Shown here piece after piece: positions 32,879 to 43,410 of a DNA stretch of 64,000 nt. The DNA is taken from assembly GCA_050253415.1 (NCBI GenBank), contig JBFWJC010000001.1, forward strand, positions 352,001 through 416,000. The letters are read 5' to 3'. The DNA is from Pedobacter sp. (GTDB taxonomy: Bacteria; Desulfobacterota; Desulfuromonadia; Desulfuromonadales; Syntrophotaleaceae). The translations under genes and the position numbers were made by a program. Every line of letters begins with the position of its first letter. Position 1 is the stretch's first letter. The notes beneath the pieces are model-generated. The model was not told the origin of the DNA, did not search any database, and saw only the letters and a list, made by a program, of their open reading frames with translations.

Positions 32879-33493
32879 ATGCAGGAATTCGTAAGTGCTT
32901 CAACCCTTCTGTTTATGCTACTTAACCCCTTTTTACTGGTGGTCTACCTTATCGACGTGTTTCAAAAGCTGTCTACTGCGACGTTCATTCGCGTGATATT
33001 GCGTGCCGGTTTCATCAGTATCGGAGTGTTTTCCGCATCCGCCTTGCTGGGGGATGTGATTTTCGAAGATGTGCTGCAGGCCCGTTTTGCCTCATTCCAG
33101 GTGTTCGGCGGCATCGTTTTCCTGCTCATCGGCCTGCGTTTCGTGTTTGAAGGCAATGCCGCCATCGAAGCATTGCGCGGCGAATCCCAGCATATCGCCG
33201 GTGCCATCGCCATGCCGCTCATGATCGGACCCGGCACCATCGGTGCCAGTATTCTCATCGGCAAGCGCCTGGGTCAGTGGCAGGCGATCCTGGCCATCAC
33301 CCTCACGGTTCTGCTCAGCGTTGTGGTTATGATTATCCTCAAGCGGGTGCACGATTTTGTACGTACGCATAATGAACCGATGGTGCAGCGTTACATCGAG
33401 GTCGCAGGCCGGATTACCGCCTTGATTGTCGGTACGTTTGCCATGGAGATGATTTTTCGGGGAGTGGAGACCTGGGTCAAGGCGTTTGGCTGA
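32879..33493 (+). CDS. MarC family membrane protein
   Basis: LLNPF, FQVFGGIVF and AMPLMIGPGTI; GAGG RBS. Confidence 0.88.
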   Translation: MQEFVSASTLLFMLLNPFLLVVYLIDVFQKLSTATFIRVILRAGFISIGVFSASALLGDVIFEDVLQARFASFQVFGGIVFLLIGLRFVFEGNAAIEALRGESQHIAGAIAMPLMIGPGTIGASILIGKRLGQWQAILAITLTVLLSVVVMIILKRVHDFVRTHNEPMVQRYIEVAGRITALIVGTFAMEMIFRGVETWVKAFG

Positions 33494-33505
33494 AATTTTT
33501 AAAGG

Positions 33506-33641
33506 TTTACTGCTGAAGACGCGAGGAGCGCGGAGAAGGTGTAACCGCCTGAAAACCCCTTAACAATACAGGGATATCCAGGATGTACAGGATTAAAACC
33601 AAAGGAGCGGTTTTAAAGACTTTATCCTGATTATCCCTGTT
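33506..33641. repeat. Partial copy of the nested palindromic element
   Basis: Degenerate outer arm tttactgctgaagacgcgaggagcgcggagaa (33506-33537), followed by acagggatatccaggatgtacaggat...atcctgattatccctgtt (33568-33641). Confidence 0.75.
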
Positions 33642-33687
33642 AGAGCATGTAATTAAAGGGGCAACACCCCGTTGGCTCCAAAATTAA

Positions 33688-36600
33688 TCACCGGAATTCG
33701 ATCTTGTAAAACAGATCGACGCCGCTTTCCTCTCCGGTACTCGATTCCAGTTCCCAGCGCTCGCCCAGGCTGTAACGCAGGCGGAAGGCATGGGTATTGG
33801 TGAACAGGGATTGTCCGATGCTCACATACAGGCTGGGGCTGAGATATTTGCCGATGGTCAGCATGGAACCCGATACCTCGTCCTGGGTAGTGCCTTGTTC
33901 GATACCGAGCACGTCAACCCCCAGTGAGCGTTTAAGGCGGTCGCGCAGCACCACCGATTCCCCTTGGGAGAGCAGCACTCCGCCGGCGGTCATGAGCAAG
34001 TCGGCCTCGCCGGCATTGCGGGCGGTGGCTCGTCCGAGGACGATATATGCCAGCCGATCGCTGTCGGACATGGCCGGATCGGAGGTCAGCTTGACCACTG
34101 GTGACCGTGGTGTTCCGCTGACCTGTACCCCGGCCTTGACCTTGCCGACGGTGCGCAGGGCAAGGATGTCGAGGGTCGGCTGATCGAGAGATCCGTTGAA
34201 TAGCAGGTTGCCGCGGGTGATATCGAGGCGGGTGCCGTAGGCGGCATACTGTCCCTCGGCCACGGTGATGCGTCCTTCAGCGTTCAAAGCCTTGGCACCG
34301 ATGGCCGTCAGGCGCAAGGCCCCGCTCAAGCGGGCATCGAGACCGGAGGCCTTGACCAGTACGTGATCCCCGAGCTCCAGCGTGATATCAGCCTGAATAT
34401 TGAAATCGGAGCGTTGTTTTTCCGGTATTTCCTGGCCGATGATGACGACATCTTCGCTGGGACTGACCACCGAAGGTTTTTTGTTGTCCCGGATCATGAC
34501 CTCCGGCAGGCCGATGGTGCCGGCCACCTTGACTCCGGCAGGACTACCCGTCATGCGCAGCTCCGGATCGGCCAGTACCTGCAATTCCGGCAGGTTGATA
34601 AGCTGGACGCGCGCGCCCTTGAGGGTCATGTCGTAGGTGCCCGGTTTCCAGTCCTGCAATTGCAGGCTGCCGGCACCGCGCAAGGTACCGTCGCCGGAAC
34701 GCAGCGACAGGCTGTCCAGAAGGATGCGATCCCCGTCCAAACGCGCTACCAGCCCGACATCCCGCAGCTCGATGCCGGCTACCGGCAGATAGGCACCTGC
34801 CTCAAGCAGACGTGCCTGGCCTTCGAGCCGCGGTTGCCCCCAGGTGCCGCCGGCATGCAAGTTGATTTCGATGCGGCCACGGGTTTCCTGTACTACCCCC
34901 GGCATCAACACGCTCAACAACCCCAACACCGCGCTACGGCCCTCAAGGGTAACCTCCAAAGGACCTTTGTCCAGAGGGGTTACAGGCAGTCTGGCCGGTA
35001 TGGGCAGCCGGTATTGCCCCTGCAGTCTGCCGTAATCACCCAGTTGCAGGTTGGTGGTACCCGTGAGACTTTGGTCGCGCCAGGACCAGTTGGCCGCGGC
35101 GGTCTGCACCGGAACCGACACCTGGCCCGAGTCGTTGCGGCTCAGGACATAACCGTCGGTGATTTTGATTTGCCCTGCGGCGATCATGTTGCGATCCGCA
35201 AGCAGTTTCCCTTCGCTTGTGCCGGAGAGGATCCCTTTAACCTGAATGTCGGGCGGCAACCAGGGGGCGAGACGTTCCAGATTCAATGCGCTGCAGGACA
35301 ACTCCCAACGGGCCTGCTCGGGCAAAGCCATGCGCGCACTACGCCCTCCTTCCAGGAACCCTTGCAACGCGCCACCGTCTTTAAGGTCGGCGGTCACGTC
35401 GGCGCGCAACCTGTCCGGATTCCAGTGCACACTGGCGGCGGCGTTATTCAACTCCAGTTGCAGGCGCTCCTGTTCAAAACGGCCCGCCAACTGCAACTCG
35501 GCGGAAAGATCAAAAGTCTCCTTGCCTGTTTGCCGCCAGGCTCCCTTGCCGCTGCTGGTGCCGGTGAGTTTGGCATCGGCGATCCAGGGTTGCGCATGGG
35601 CCAGCCGGATATTTTGCCAATCGAGGGCCGCGTTACCGGTCAGCGGGGAAAACTGCAGCTGGGCCAGAGCCGAGAGCTGTTCGTCACCTTTGCCTGTCAG
35701 ACGCAGTGCGTCGAGACGCAGCTCCCGTTGCGAAACGGTCAGCGCGGCCGGACTGGCCAGACGCAAGCTACCGACGGTATCCTGCAATGAAAGCTCGGTA
35801 AGGCTGCCCTGCCACCGGGAGGCGGCATAACCTCCGGCCGCTGCCAGCTGGAGGCGGGTCTGCTTGGGAAGGGTTATGCGGGCCGACAGGCTGTGCCGGT
35901 CAAGACGACCCTGGCCCTGCAAGGTCACGGAGGGGATGTCCAGTTGGTTGTGTTTGACTCCTGCGAGGTCGGCCTTGAGGGTACCGGTGCGGTCGTCTGC
36001 GAGGCTGGCCGTAAAGTTCAACCGCTGGATTTGCAACTTTTCGTATCCCATGCCGCGGCCGTTTCCGGCGATCTGTCCGGCGAACTGATGGTCTCGCCAG
36101 CGCACCCAGCCGCGACCCTGTACGGCACCGGCCAGTTCGGGCACAAATCCGGCGAGATCCTCCACCTTGGCGTTAAAGTCGATTCGCTGCTTCAAGCGCC
36201 CTCTGGCAGAAACATCTACACCACGGCTTTGCAGGTCCAGTGCCTTGATCTGCACGTCCTGACCCTGCAGACGGGCGTCGATGCCCCCGTGCAAGGGGTA
36301 GCCGCGCAGGGTGCTGGGCAACAGTTTGGCCTGCAACTCGGCCGTCACCGGGCCGGTTTGCGGACGGCTCCAGGTGCCTTCGGCCTGCAGGTTGATCTGA
36401 CCCGGCCAGGTCAGGCCCGCCGCTTCAGGATTGAGGCCGCGGCCGGTGAAGGTGCCCTGAATCACCATTTCCGGTGCCCAGTGCGCGGTGAGCTCGCCAC
36501 CGATCTCCCCATCCAGCCCCAGGATTTTGAGACGGGAAAGGGTCAAAACGTCGGGGCTGCCGCTAAAGCTTGTCTTAAGTTCAAGTTTGCGCCAGTCCCG

Positions 36601-37608
36601 CGCCTGGTTGGCCAAAGCCAACTGTCCTTCGAAAGCCTCCAGACCTCCCTTGAATGCCAGGCTGCCGCTGAGGTTGGTAGCCTGCCCGGTGAGTGTCATC
36701 AGATCCAGGTCTTTAAGGGTTGCGGTCAGATCGAGTCGCGGCTCGGGTTGTGCCCAATCGAGTTGCGCCTTGCCGCGCAGAGTGCCGTTGCCGGAGAGGG
36801 AGCGCAGGTCAACGTCTTTCAGGCTGACGTCGGTGGGTGCCAGGGCATAGGGTGTGGCAAGCTGCCAGCTACCCGTAATCGGCGAATGCCCGCTGAGGAT
36901 AAGGCGTCCGGCCAGGGTTTCAGGTTGTTGTGCGGGGTGTGCCGATCCGGCCAGGAGCATGGGGATATCGTTGCCGGGGGATGTTTTCAGCAGCGCCGCC
37001 GCCTGCAGTTGCAGACGCTGTCGCCGCCAGTCGGCTTCCAACCTGGCGGTCACCGTCCCGGCATCGCATAGCACCGTGAGCCAGGGGATGCGCAGTCTGC
37101 GGCGGGTCCAGCGGGCTTTGGTGGCTACCCCTTCAACGTAAAACGGCTCGGCATCCGGCTGTTTCCAGGTCAAGCGTTGCACTTGGACCTCGTCGAGAGC
37201 CACATGCAGCTTATCCAGCCAGCCGGGCAGTACGGGCCAGCTGAAATCCAGGGGTGTATCAGGTTCATCCGGTCTGGACTGTGTGACCAGGGTCACATCA
37301 TCGAGGCTCAAGGAGCGGATCCGTACATTGCGGTGCAGCAGGCCGGTCGCGCGCCAGCGCCATCCCAGCCGGCCGATGGAGATTTCGCCTCCGTCCCAGT
37401 GCAGCGCGACACCGGACAGAATCAGTTCATCCGTGAGACGTCCCTCGACGGATTGCACGGCAAAGGTCTCGGGCGCGCGGTTTGCGAGGGTGCGAATCAG
37501 CCAGTCGGCCCCCGTGGGTGTCGCCATCAGCCAGTAACAGCCAAGCACGAGCGCCAGGGAGATCACCAGCGTCAGACTGCCAAGAATGTAGAATACGTAA
37601 CGTTTCAC
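33688..37608 (-). CDS. tamB: Translocation and assembly module TamB
   Basis: N-terminal anchor, long beta-rich body and C-terminal IGKYLSPSLYVS...GVDLFYKIEF; overlaps the tamA stop. Confidence 0.88.
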   Translation of the reverse strand: MKRYVFYILGSLTLVISLALVLGCYWLMATPTGADWLIRTLANRAPETFAVQSVEGRLTDELILSGVALHWDGGEISIGRLGWRWRATGLLHRNVRIRSLSLDDVTLVTQSRPDEPDTPLDFSWPVLPGWLDKLHVALDEVQVQRLTWKQPDAEPFYVEGVATKARWTRRRLRIPWLTVLCDAGTVTARLEADWRRQRLQLQAAALLKTSPGNDIPMLLAGSAHPAQQPETLAGRLILSGHSPITGSWQLATPYALAPTDVSLKDVDLRSLSGNGTLRGKAQLDWAQPEPRLDLTATLKDLDLMTLTGQATNLSGSLAFKGGLEAFEGQLALANQARDWRKLELKTSFSGSPDVLTLSRLKILGLDGEIGGELTAHWAPEMVIQGTFTGRGLNPEAAGLTWPGQINLQAEGTWSRPQTGPVTAELQAKLLPSTLRGYPLHGGIDARLQGQDVQIKALDLQSRGVDVSARGRLKQRIDFNAKVEDLAGFVPELAGAVQGRGWVRWRDHQFAGQIAGNGRGMGYEKLQIQRLNFTASLADDRTGTLKADLAGVKHNQLDIPSVTLQGQGRLDRHSLSARITLPKQTRLQLAAAGGYAASRWQGSLTELSLQDTVGSLRLASPAALTVSQRELRLDALRLTGKGDEQLSALAQLQFSPLTGNAALDWQNIRLAHAQPWIADAKLTGTSSGKGAWRQTGKETFDLSAELQLAGRFEQERLQLELNNAAASVHWNPDRLRADVTADLKDGGALQGFLEGGRSARMALPEQARWELSCSALNLERLAPWLPPDIQVKGILSGTSEGKLLADRNMIAAGQIKITDGYVLSRNDSGQVSVPVQTAAANWSWRDQSLTGTTNLQLGDYGRLQGQYRLPIPARLPVTPLDKGPLEVTLEGRSAVLGLLSVLMPGVVQETRGRIEINLHAGGTWGQPRLEGQARLLEAGAYLPVAGIELRDVGLVARLDGDRILLDSLSLRSGDGTLRGAGSLQLQDWKPGTYDMTLKGARVQLINLPELQVLADPELRMTGSPAGVKVAGTIGLPEVMIRDNKKPSVVSPSEDVVIIGQEIPEKQRSDFNIQADITLELGDHVLVKASGLDARLSGALRLTAIGAKALNAEGRITVAEGQYAAYGTRLDITRGNLLFNGSLDQPTLDILALRTVGKVKAGVQVSGTPRSPVVKLTSDPAMSDSDRLAYIVLGRATARNAGEADLLMTAGGVLLSQGESVVLRDRLKRSLGVDVLGIEQGTTQDEVSGSMLTIGKYLSPSLYVSIGQSLFTNTHAFRLRYSLGERWELESSTGEESGVDLFYKIEFR

Positions 37609-39428
37609 CAGCCGTACCCGATACTCAAATGGATGCGAAAAGAAGGATTGTCTTCACCGATCTGACGGGCGACATCGAGTCGCACCGGCCCCACCGGCGT
37701 GTAGTAGCGTAAGCCCATGCCGGCCCCTTGGTCCAGCCTGATCTGGCCGGGCTCGTCAAACGCGTTGCCGGCGTCGTAAAATGCTGCCAAGCCCCATTTT
37801 TCGCCCAGGGCGCGTTCCAGTTCCAGGCTGCCGACCAACAGATACTTGCCGCCTATCACGTCGCCGTCGCTGTCTTCGGGCCCCAGCGATTGGTAGGCAT
37901 AGCCACGCACGCTGCGATCGCCGCCGGCAAAAAATCGCAGCGACGGCGGCACGTCTTCCAGGGGTTCGTTCTGCAAAGTCCAGCCTGTGTCCATGCGTGC
38001 CAGCAGAGAGAGTCGGCCGGGCAGGGCCAACAGCACGTTGCCGGAGGCCAACATTTGCAGCAGCCCGGTATCGGAGCCGAGATACTGGTGTCCGCCACGG
38101 ACCTCAAGATTGTAACCGTAACCGTTTTGAGGGCGGACCAGACTGCGATAATGGCGATGGGAAAAGCGCACCCCCGGCAGCACCATGCGCAGGGTATCTG
38201 TTTCTCCACCGACGGTGAAGTGTTCTTGAAAGGCTTGCAGATAGGTGGAAATTTTTCGGCCCTGGCCCAGATCCCAGGCGCGTTCGACCTCGCCGGTCAG
38301 CTTACTGGAGAGAACGGTGTCGACATCCTCCCGTTCGAAGGTCAGCCGGACCGCCGTGAAACTGTTGAGGCTCTGTGTGTCAGGCCAGATGTAGGCAGCT
38401 CCTGCCGTTTGGGCATTTTGCGCCAGGTTGGCTTTAAGTTGCAGTTCATGTCCGTGGTTGAAGATGTTCAGATCTTGGTAGAGCAGCGACATGCGTGCGC
38501 CGGTGTCGGTGCCGTAACCGATGCCGGGGCGCAAGCGCCGGGAAGGGGAAGGCTCGAGAACCACATCGACCGGCACGCGCTGGTCGCTCACCGCCTGGCG
38601 GTCCGGAAGCAGCCGGATTTCCTTGAAACGGTCGGCGTCAAGCAACTGCAGCTGGGTTTCCCCCAGGCTGGCGTAGGAAAAAATATCGCCAGGCTGAAAG
38701 GTCAAAAAGCGTCGCAGGTAGACATCGGGATAATCTTCCGCCCCTTTGAAGCGGGTTTCTCCAAAATAGTACCGAGGTCCGGTGGCCAGTTCCAGTTCGA
38801 CCTCGGCGGACAGATTGTCCAGGTCAATGCGTATTTCATGTACGGCAAAGTCGGCATCCAGGTACCCGAGATCCAGCGCCTGGCTCTGCAGGTCCTTTTT
38901 GGCGCTTTCGTAAGCGGCTTGATCGAGAGGCTCTCCGACCTGTAGCGGAAAAGCCGCCGCCAGTCGCGTCAATGACCCCCGCGCAGTGCCGGGGCCGGTG
39001 ATCTCGACCCTTGATTTGGTGACGCGCACCGGTTCGCCAGGGTCTATGCTGACTTGGAGCACACTCCTGTCGTCGATTTTCTCAAGCCGGGTTTGGATCT
39101 TCGGGGTAAAATATCCAAAGGGCTGCATGGCGCGTGCCGCCTGCTGCGGTACCTGGTTTGTGAAGCGCTCCAACCAGCGGTGGTCGACTTGCCCCTCCCT
39201 TACCAATCCGGGGGGAAAAGCCAGAGCCGCCTCAACGTTGACGCGTAGCGGTCCCTCCAAACCCTGTAAATCAAGGCTTAGCGGTTCCGCTGCGAGCCCC
39301 GCTCCCGGCTGAAAGAAACACAGGATTCCAAGCAACAGGCCGACAACGGCCGACGACCATGAGGATCCTCCGCGAGGCCATGCTTTTTTTACCCGGATGC
39401 CCGCTCTCATAATAAGATATCCGCGCAA
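37605..39428 (-). CDS. tamA: Translocation and assembly module TamA (Omp85 family)
   Basis: POTRA-like repeats, GIGYGTDTG, RFFAGGDRSVRGY and TPVGPVRLD; start position uncertain. Confidence 0.88.
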   Translation of the reverse strand: MRGYLIMRAGIRVKKAWPRGGSSWSSAVVGLLLGILCFFQPGAGLAAEPLSLDLQGLEGPLRVNVEAALAFPPGLVREGQVDHRWLERFTNQVPQQAARAMQPFGYFTPKIQTRLEKIDDRSVLQVSIDPGEPVRVTKSRVEITGPGTARGSLTRLAAAFPLQVGEPLDQAAYESAKKDLQSQALDLGYLDADFAVHEIRIDLDNLSAEVELELATGPRYYFGETRFKGAEDYPDVYLRRFLTFQPGDIFSYASLGETQLQLLDADRFKEIRLLPDRQAVSDQRVPVDVVLEPSPSRRLRPGIGYGTDTGARMSLLYQDLNIFNHGHELQLKANLAQNAQTAGAAYIWPDTQSLNSFTAVRLTFEREDVDTVLSSKLTGEVERAWDLGQGRKISTYLQAFQEHFTVGGETDTLRMVLPGVRFSHRHYRSLVRPQNGYGYNLEVRGGHQYLGSDTGLLQMLASGNVLLALPGRLSLLARMDTGWTLQNEPLEDVPPSLRFFAGGDRSVRGYAYQSLGPEDSDGDVIGGKYLLVGSLELERALGEKWGLAAFYDAGNAFDEPGQIRLDQGAGMGLRYYTPVGPVRLDVARQIGEDNPSFRIHLSIGYGW

Positions 39429-39851
39429 TGTTCGTTACCTTTCGACCTTGCAGTGCATCTGATATGTGCTTGCCGTTGATCTAGTCTTCGGCCGGTTTCA
39501 TCATCGCATCAATTGTGGTTTGACGTCCATAACTGTTTGATATGCCCGATCTTTGGGGGTTTGAAAGTTGGGATGTGTAAACCACTATTCTTCCATGATA
39601 ACGCCAAAAATGGCCGTGTACAGTTTTGTTCGAGAGGCGTTTCATACGGAGCGGCAGCTTTGGAATCCGCATTGTGTCTACGCTTTTTGCGATGGGGTCA
39701 ATTGGGGACGGAATGGAACGAATATGTAAAAAAATCCCCTTTCAGGTACAAGAAATCGTGTTAAAATGCTTTCCCTGTTTTGCCCTGTATCCTTTGTTTT
39801 TAAATACGTGCAGTGCCATCTTTGACAGGCGAGGCACAAGGAGGCCATCCC

Positions 39852-41573
39852 ATGACCCTTAGCGATCTTATCGTCCACTATCTTGAACAGTTCGGCGTGG
39901 AATATGTTTTCGGCATTCCCGGTAGTCCGCTTGGTCCCCTGTTCGATGCCCTCAAACGTAGCGAACAGCGTGGCGGGCCGCGCATGGTGCTGACGCGCCA
40001 TGAAGCCGGCGCGGCTTTCATCGCCGACGGTTATGCCCGCGAAAGCGGCAAGCTAGGGGTATGCTGCGCCACCACCGGCCCCGGGGCCACCAACCTTATT
40101 ACCGGGGTGGCTTCCGCTTATGCCGAACAGGTGCCGATGCTGGTCATCACCCCCCAGACCCGCTTGCGCGATCTGGGGTTCGGTTGTTTTCAGGATTCGT
40201 CGCGCAACGGTATCGATACGGTGAGCATGTTCGAGCCATGCACCGTTTACAATGCCAGCGTGACCCATCCCCACCAGTTGGAGAGAAAGCTGACGGCGGC
40301 ACTGACCGCAGCTTTCGGTACACCGAGGGGCCCTGCCCATCTGTGTATCCCCATCGATGTTTTTGCTGCCGAGGCTGAAGTACCGCTGCAATTTCCCCAT
40401 TTGAGGGAACTGCTCGAACGTCCCCGGGCGTTCCTGGATACCCGTGGTGTAACGAGCTTGTGCGAAGAGGTTTCCGGTGCGCTGAATCGCGGTGCCAGAC
40501 TCTGCCTGCTGGCCGGCCATAACAGCATCGGTGCGGGTCGCGAAATCGAAAGGTTTGCGGAGTTGACCGGGGCGTCCCTGCTTACCACACCGCGCGGCAA
40601 GTCGGCCATCAACCCCTACCATCCCCGGGCCCGTGGTGTGTTCGGCATGGCCGGACACAGTTCGGCCCGTGCTGCGCTGGCGGATGAGCAGGTCGAACTG
40701 ATCCTGGCCGTCGGCACCAATCTGGGCGAATGGTCGACCTGCAAGTGGGACCCGGTGCTCATGAACCATAAACTGGTGCACATTCATAATGACCGCCGCT
40801 GTTTCAGCCGGTCCCCCATGGCTCGCCTGCAGGTGGAAGGGGATATTGCCGCTCTGTTCACGCAGCTCAACACCTGCCTGGAAACGTTGCAACACGAAGG
40901 GCGACTGACCCTGCGCAATGCCGGGATGGGTTCTGTGGCGGCTGCAGCCGAGAGCTACCTGCCGGCAGGTATCACCGTTAACAAACCGGCCTGTTGCGAT
41001 ACGGTGCGTAGCGATGCGCCGATCAAGGCTCCCCAGGTGTATGCCGAGTTGATCCGGCGGTTGCCGCAGGAAACCCGGTTTTTTATCGATAACAGCAACA
41101 GCGTGCCCTGGTCGATCCACTACTTTTTCCACCCCCGACCGGAGAACTATCATCTGTCCATCGAATTCGCCACCATGGCCTGGGCGGTGGGCGCTGCAGT
41201 CGGTGGCGCTTTCGGTAACCGCCAGGCGCCGTCGGTGTGCCTGGCCGGAGACGGATGTTACCTGATGAGCGGCCAGGAGATCACCGTGGCGGTGGAAAGG
41301 CAGTTGCCGGTTATTTTTGTGGTGCTCAACGATCAGGGTTACGGGCTCATCAAGCACGGACACCGGCTTGCCGGCAAGGAGCCGGTCGACTTTTCGATTC
41401 CTCCGGTCGATTTTGCCATGATGGGTCGCGCGGCCGGTGCCGATGCCCAGACCATCCGCAGCATGCGGGACTTCGACAATCTGGACTGGCAGGCTCTGGC
41501 CAGCCGTCAGGGACCGACGTTGCTGGAGGTCATTATCGACCCCGAGGAACAACCCACTATCGCCATGTCCTGA
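39852..41573 (+). CDS. Thiamine diphosphate-dependent enzyme (acetolactate synthase large-subunit-like)
   Basis: VFGIPG, RHEAGAAF, TGPGATN and GDG...VLND; AGGAGG RBS. Confidence 0.88.
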   Translation: MTLSDLIVHYLEQFGVEYVFGIPGSPLGPLFDALKRSEQRGGPRMVLTRHEAGAAFIADGYARESGKLGVCCATTGPGATNLITGVASAYAEQVPMLVITPQTRLRDLGFGCFQDSSRNGIDTVSMFEPCTVYNASVTHPHQLERKLTAALTAAFGTPRGPAHLCIPIDVFAAEAEVPLQFPHLRELLERPRAFLDTRGVTSLCEEVSGALNRGARLCLLAGHNSIGAGREIERFAELTGASLLTTPRGKSAINPYHPRARGVFGMAGHSSARAALADEQVELILAVGTNLGEWSTCKWDPVLMNHKLVHIHNDRRCFSRSPMARLQVEGDIAALFTQLNTCLETLQHEGRLTLRNAGMGSVAAAAESYLPAGITVNKPACCDTVRSDAPIKAPQVYAELIRRLPQETRFFIDNSNSVPWSIHYFFHPRPENYHLSIEFATMAWAVGAAVGGAFGNRQAPSVCLAGDGCYLMSGQEITVAVERQLPVIFVVLNDQGYGLIKHGHRLAGKEPVDFSIPPVDFAMMGRAAGADAQTIRSMRDFDNLDWQALASRQGPTLLEVIIDPEEQPTIAMS

Positions 41574-41588
41574 CAGGCCCGAATGTTC

Positions 41589-41621
41589 AACGAGGCAGAC
41601 GGTTCACCCGTCTGCCTCGTT
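41589..41621. terminator. Stem-loop between convergent genes
   Basis: aacgaggcagacgg-ttcac-ccgtctgcctcgtt. Confidence 0.7.
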
Positions 41622-41659
41622 TCCCTCACCGATGTTTACCGCCTTATTTGCCGTCAACC

Positions 41660-42103
41660 TTACGATGAAGACTGCTGCGTTTCTTCACTATCGCCTGGAC
41701 TGAAACGAATAGCCAGCGTACGTACAATACCCAGGGCCAGTATCAACAGGCTGAACCCGGCCATGGTGGATGCGGAGGTGCTGTGCTGCCGGTAAAGCCC
41801 CAGGATCATTTCCCGAATGACAATGACGATGGCCGGATCCATCATGGAATGCAGGCGGATGCGGTGATCCTTGAAGTAATCAATAAAACTGCGAAACAGT
41901 TCAATAATTACCAGGAAATTGAGGATTTCTGCGACGACTCCGGTAAAGGCCCCACCGATGGGACCCCATGAGAGCAGGTCCCTGATGGTGAATACTGTTC
42001 TGCCCAGGCCGATGACCAGTACCGCTACGATATAGACAATCAGGATGTTGACAATATATTGCAGCGATCGATCAAAAATCGGTATCCATTGGCAACGGTG
42101 CAT
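41660..42103 (-). CDS. PsiE family membrane protein
   Basis: Four TM helices; LVIIELFRSFIDYF and IVIREMI. Confidence 0.8.
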   Translation of the reverse strand: MHRCQWIPIFDRSLQYIVNILIVYIVAVLVIGLGRTVFTIRDLLSWGPIGGAFTGVVAEILNFLVIIELFRSFIDYFKDHRIRLHSMMDPAIVIVIREMILGLYRQHSTSASTMAGFSLLILALGIVRTLAIRFSPGDSEETQQSSS

Positions 42104-42345
42104 GGTGCCTCGGCTTTCGTGTTGTTTTTAATGGTTTCGTTTCCACCGAAGGTGTCATTATGCCCTGGTTGCAACAGGCAGGTGTAAGCAGTCGGTCAGT
42201 TTTCGGTAAGTGGTTCGGGCTGGTGCATTCCTCCGCAATAAATCCTTTCCCTTTAATGGTTCCCTCCTTATAATAAGCAACCGCCAATCCTTTTGTTGTT
42301 ACGCACAAGGCAAAGGCCTCCTTGCGGAAGTCTTTATGAACCGTT

Positions 42346-43410
42346 GTGAGAAATTGGCACCTCCCCGTAACAGACACGCAAGGATCCCTCATGCCCCAAT
42401 GTAAACTTTGGCCGATGTGCAAGCCCCGCATTCACTTGATCAATCCGTTCTTCAACGCTGCCGGTGGCTCGGAATGGCGCACGCTGGAATTGGCCCGGCA
42501 ACTTGCGCCCTATGGCCGGGTGCGTATATGGTCTGACCGTCCGCCCGATCCGCGTCTGGCGCATCTTCCCATTCGGTTGATCGAACCGAAAAAATTACGC
42601 TTCCCTGTGGGGGGGACGCTGATTTTCGTGGGGGCCTTTCAGAAACCGGGACGATGGATCAAGTGGAGCCACCCCCATCGGGTTGTGATTCTGGCCAATA
42701 CCTTGTGCCAGTTAAGTCTCGATAACATGATGAGCCGCATTCAACAGCGGACAGGTAGAACTCCCGAGGTGGTTTTTGCCTCGAGCTGGCTGGCCAAAGC
42801 AATGGGACATCAGGTGCGTGTCCACCCTTCTCCCATCGATTTGCATCGTTTTTGTCCTGGAACCGGCAGCCCATCACCTCGCCCTTTTACCATCGGACGC
42901 CACAGCCGCGATACCCTCGAAAAACACGCGATTGGGGACCCTGAACTTTATCGGCGGTTGTTAGCAGACGGCACCAGGGTGCGCATCATGGGGGGAACTT
43001 GCCTGGCCGACTTGCTGCCCTCCGATCGGTCCCTTGAGTTGCTGCCGACACTGGCAGAGCCGGCTGAAGAATTTTTAAGGGGGCTGGACTGCTTTTTCTA
43101 TCGCACCGGTCCTTTGTGGCGGGAACCTTTTGGGCGGGTGGTGCTGGAAGCCATGGCGTGCGGTCTGCCGGTGGTATGCGAAAGGCGTGGCGGATACAGT
43201 GAATGGATTCGTCACGGTGAGAACGGCTTTCTTTTCGAGAAACAGGAAGAAGCCCAGAATATTCTGCAAACGCTCAAACAGGATGCCGAACTGCGCAGCC
43301 GTATCGGTAAGGCGGCCCGTCATAGCGTTGAAGAAATTTATTCCCCGGAGGCTATGCGGCAGCAGGCGGCTTGGTATTGTGCAGGCGATCAGGGGTGGGG
43401 GCAGGAATGA
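42346..43410 (+). CDS. Glycosyltransferase family 4 (start may be further downstream)
   Basis: GGSEW and EPFGRVVLEAMACGLPVV. Confidence 0.88.
   Translation: MRNWHLPVTDTQGSLMPQCKLWPMCKPRIHLINPFFNAAGGSEWRTLELARQLAPYGRVRIWSDRPPDPRLAHLPIRLIEPKKLRFPVGGTLIFVGAFQKPGRWIKWSHPHRVVILANTLCQLSLDNMMSRIQQRTGRTPEVVFASSWLAKAMGHQVRVHPSPIDLHRFCPGTGSPSPRPFTIGRHSRDTLEKHAIGDPELYRRLLADGTRVRIMGGTCLADLLPSDRSLELLPTLAEPAEEFLRGLDCFFYRTGPLWREPFGRVVLEAMACGLPVVCERRGGYSEWIRHGENGFLFEKQEEAQNILQTLKQDAELRSRIGKAARHSVEEIYSPEAMRQQAAWYCAGDQGWGQE

Noticed and set aside
34363..38945. Long plus-strand ORFs (475, 392 and 405 aa)
   Set aside because: Antisense shadows of tamB and tamA.
40053..41552. 499-aa minus-strand ORF
   Set aside because: Antisense shadow of the ThDP enzyme gene.
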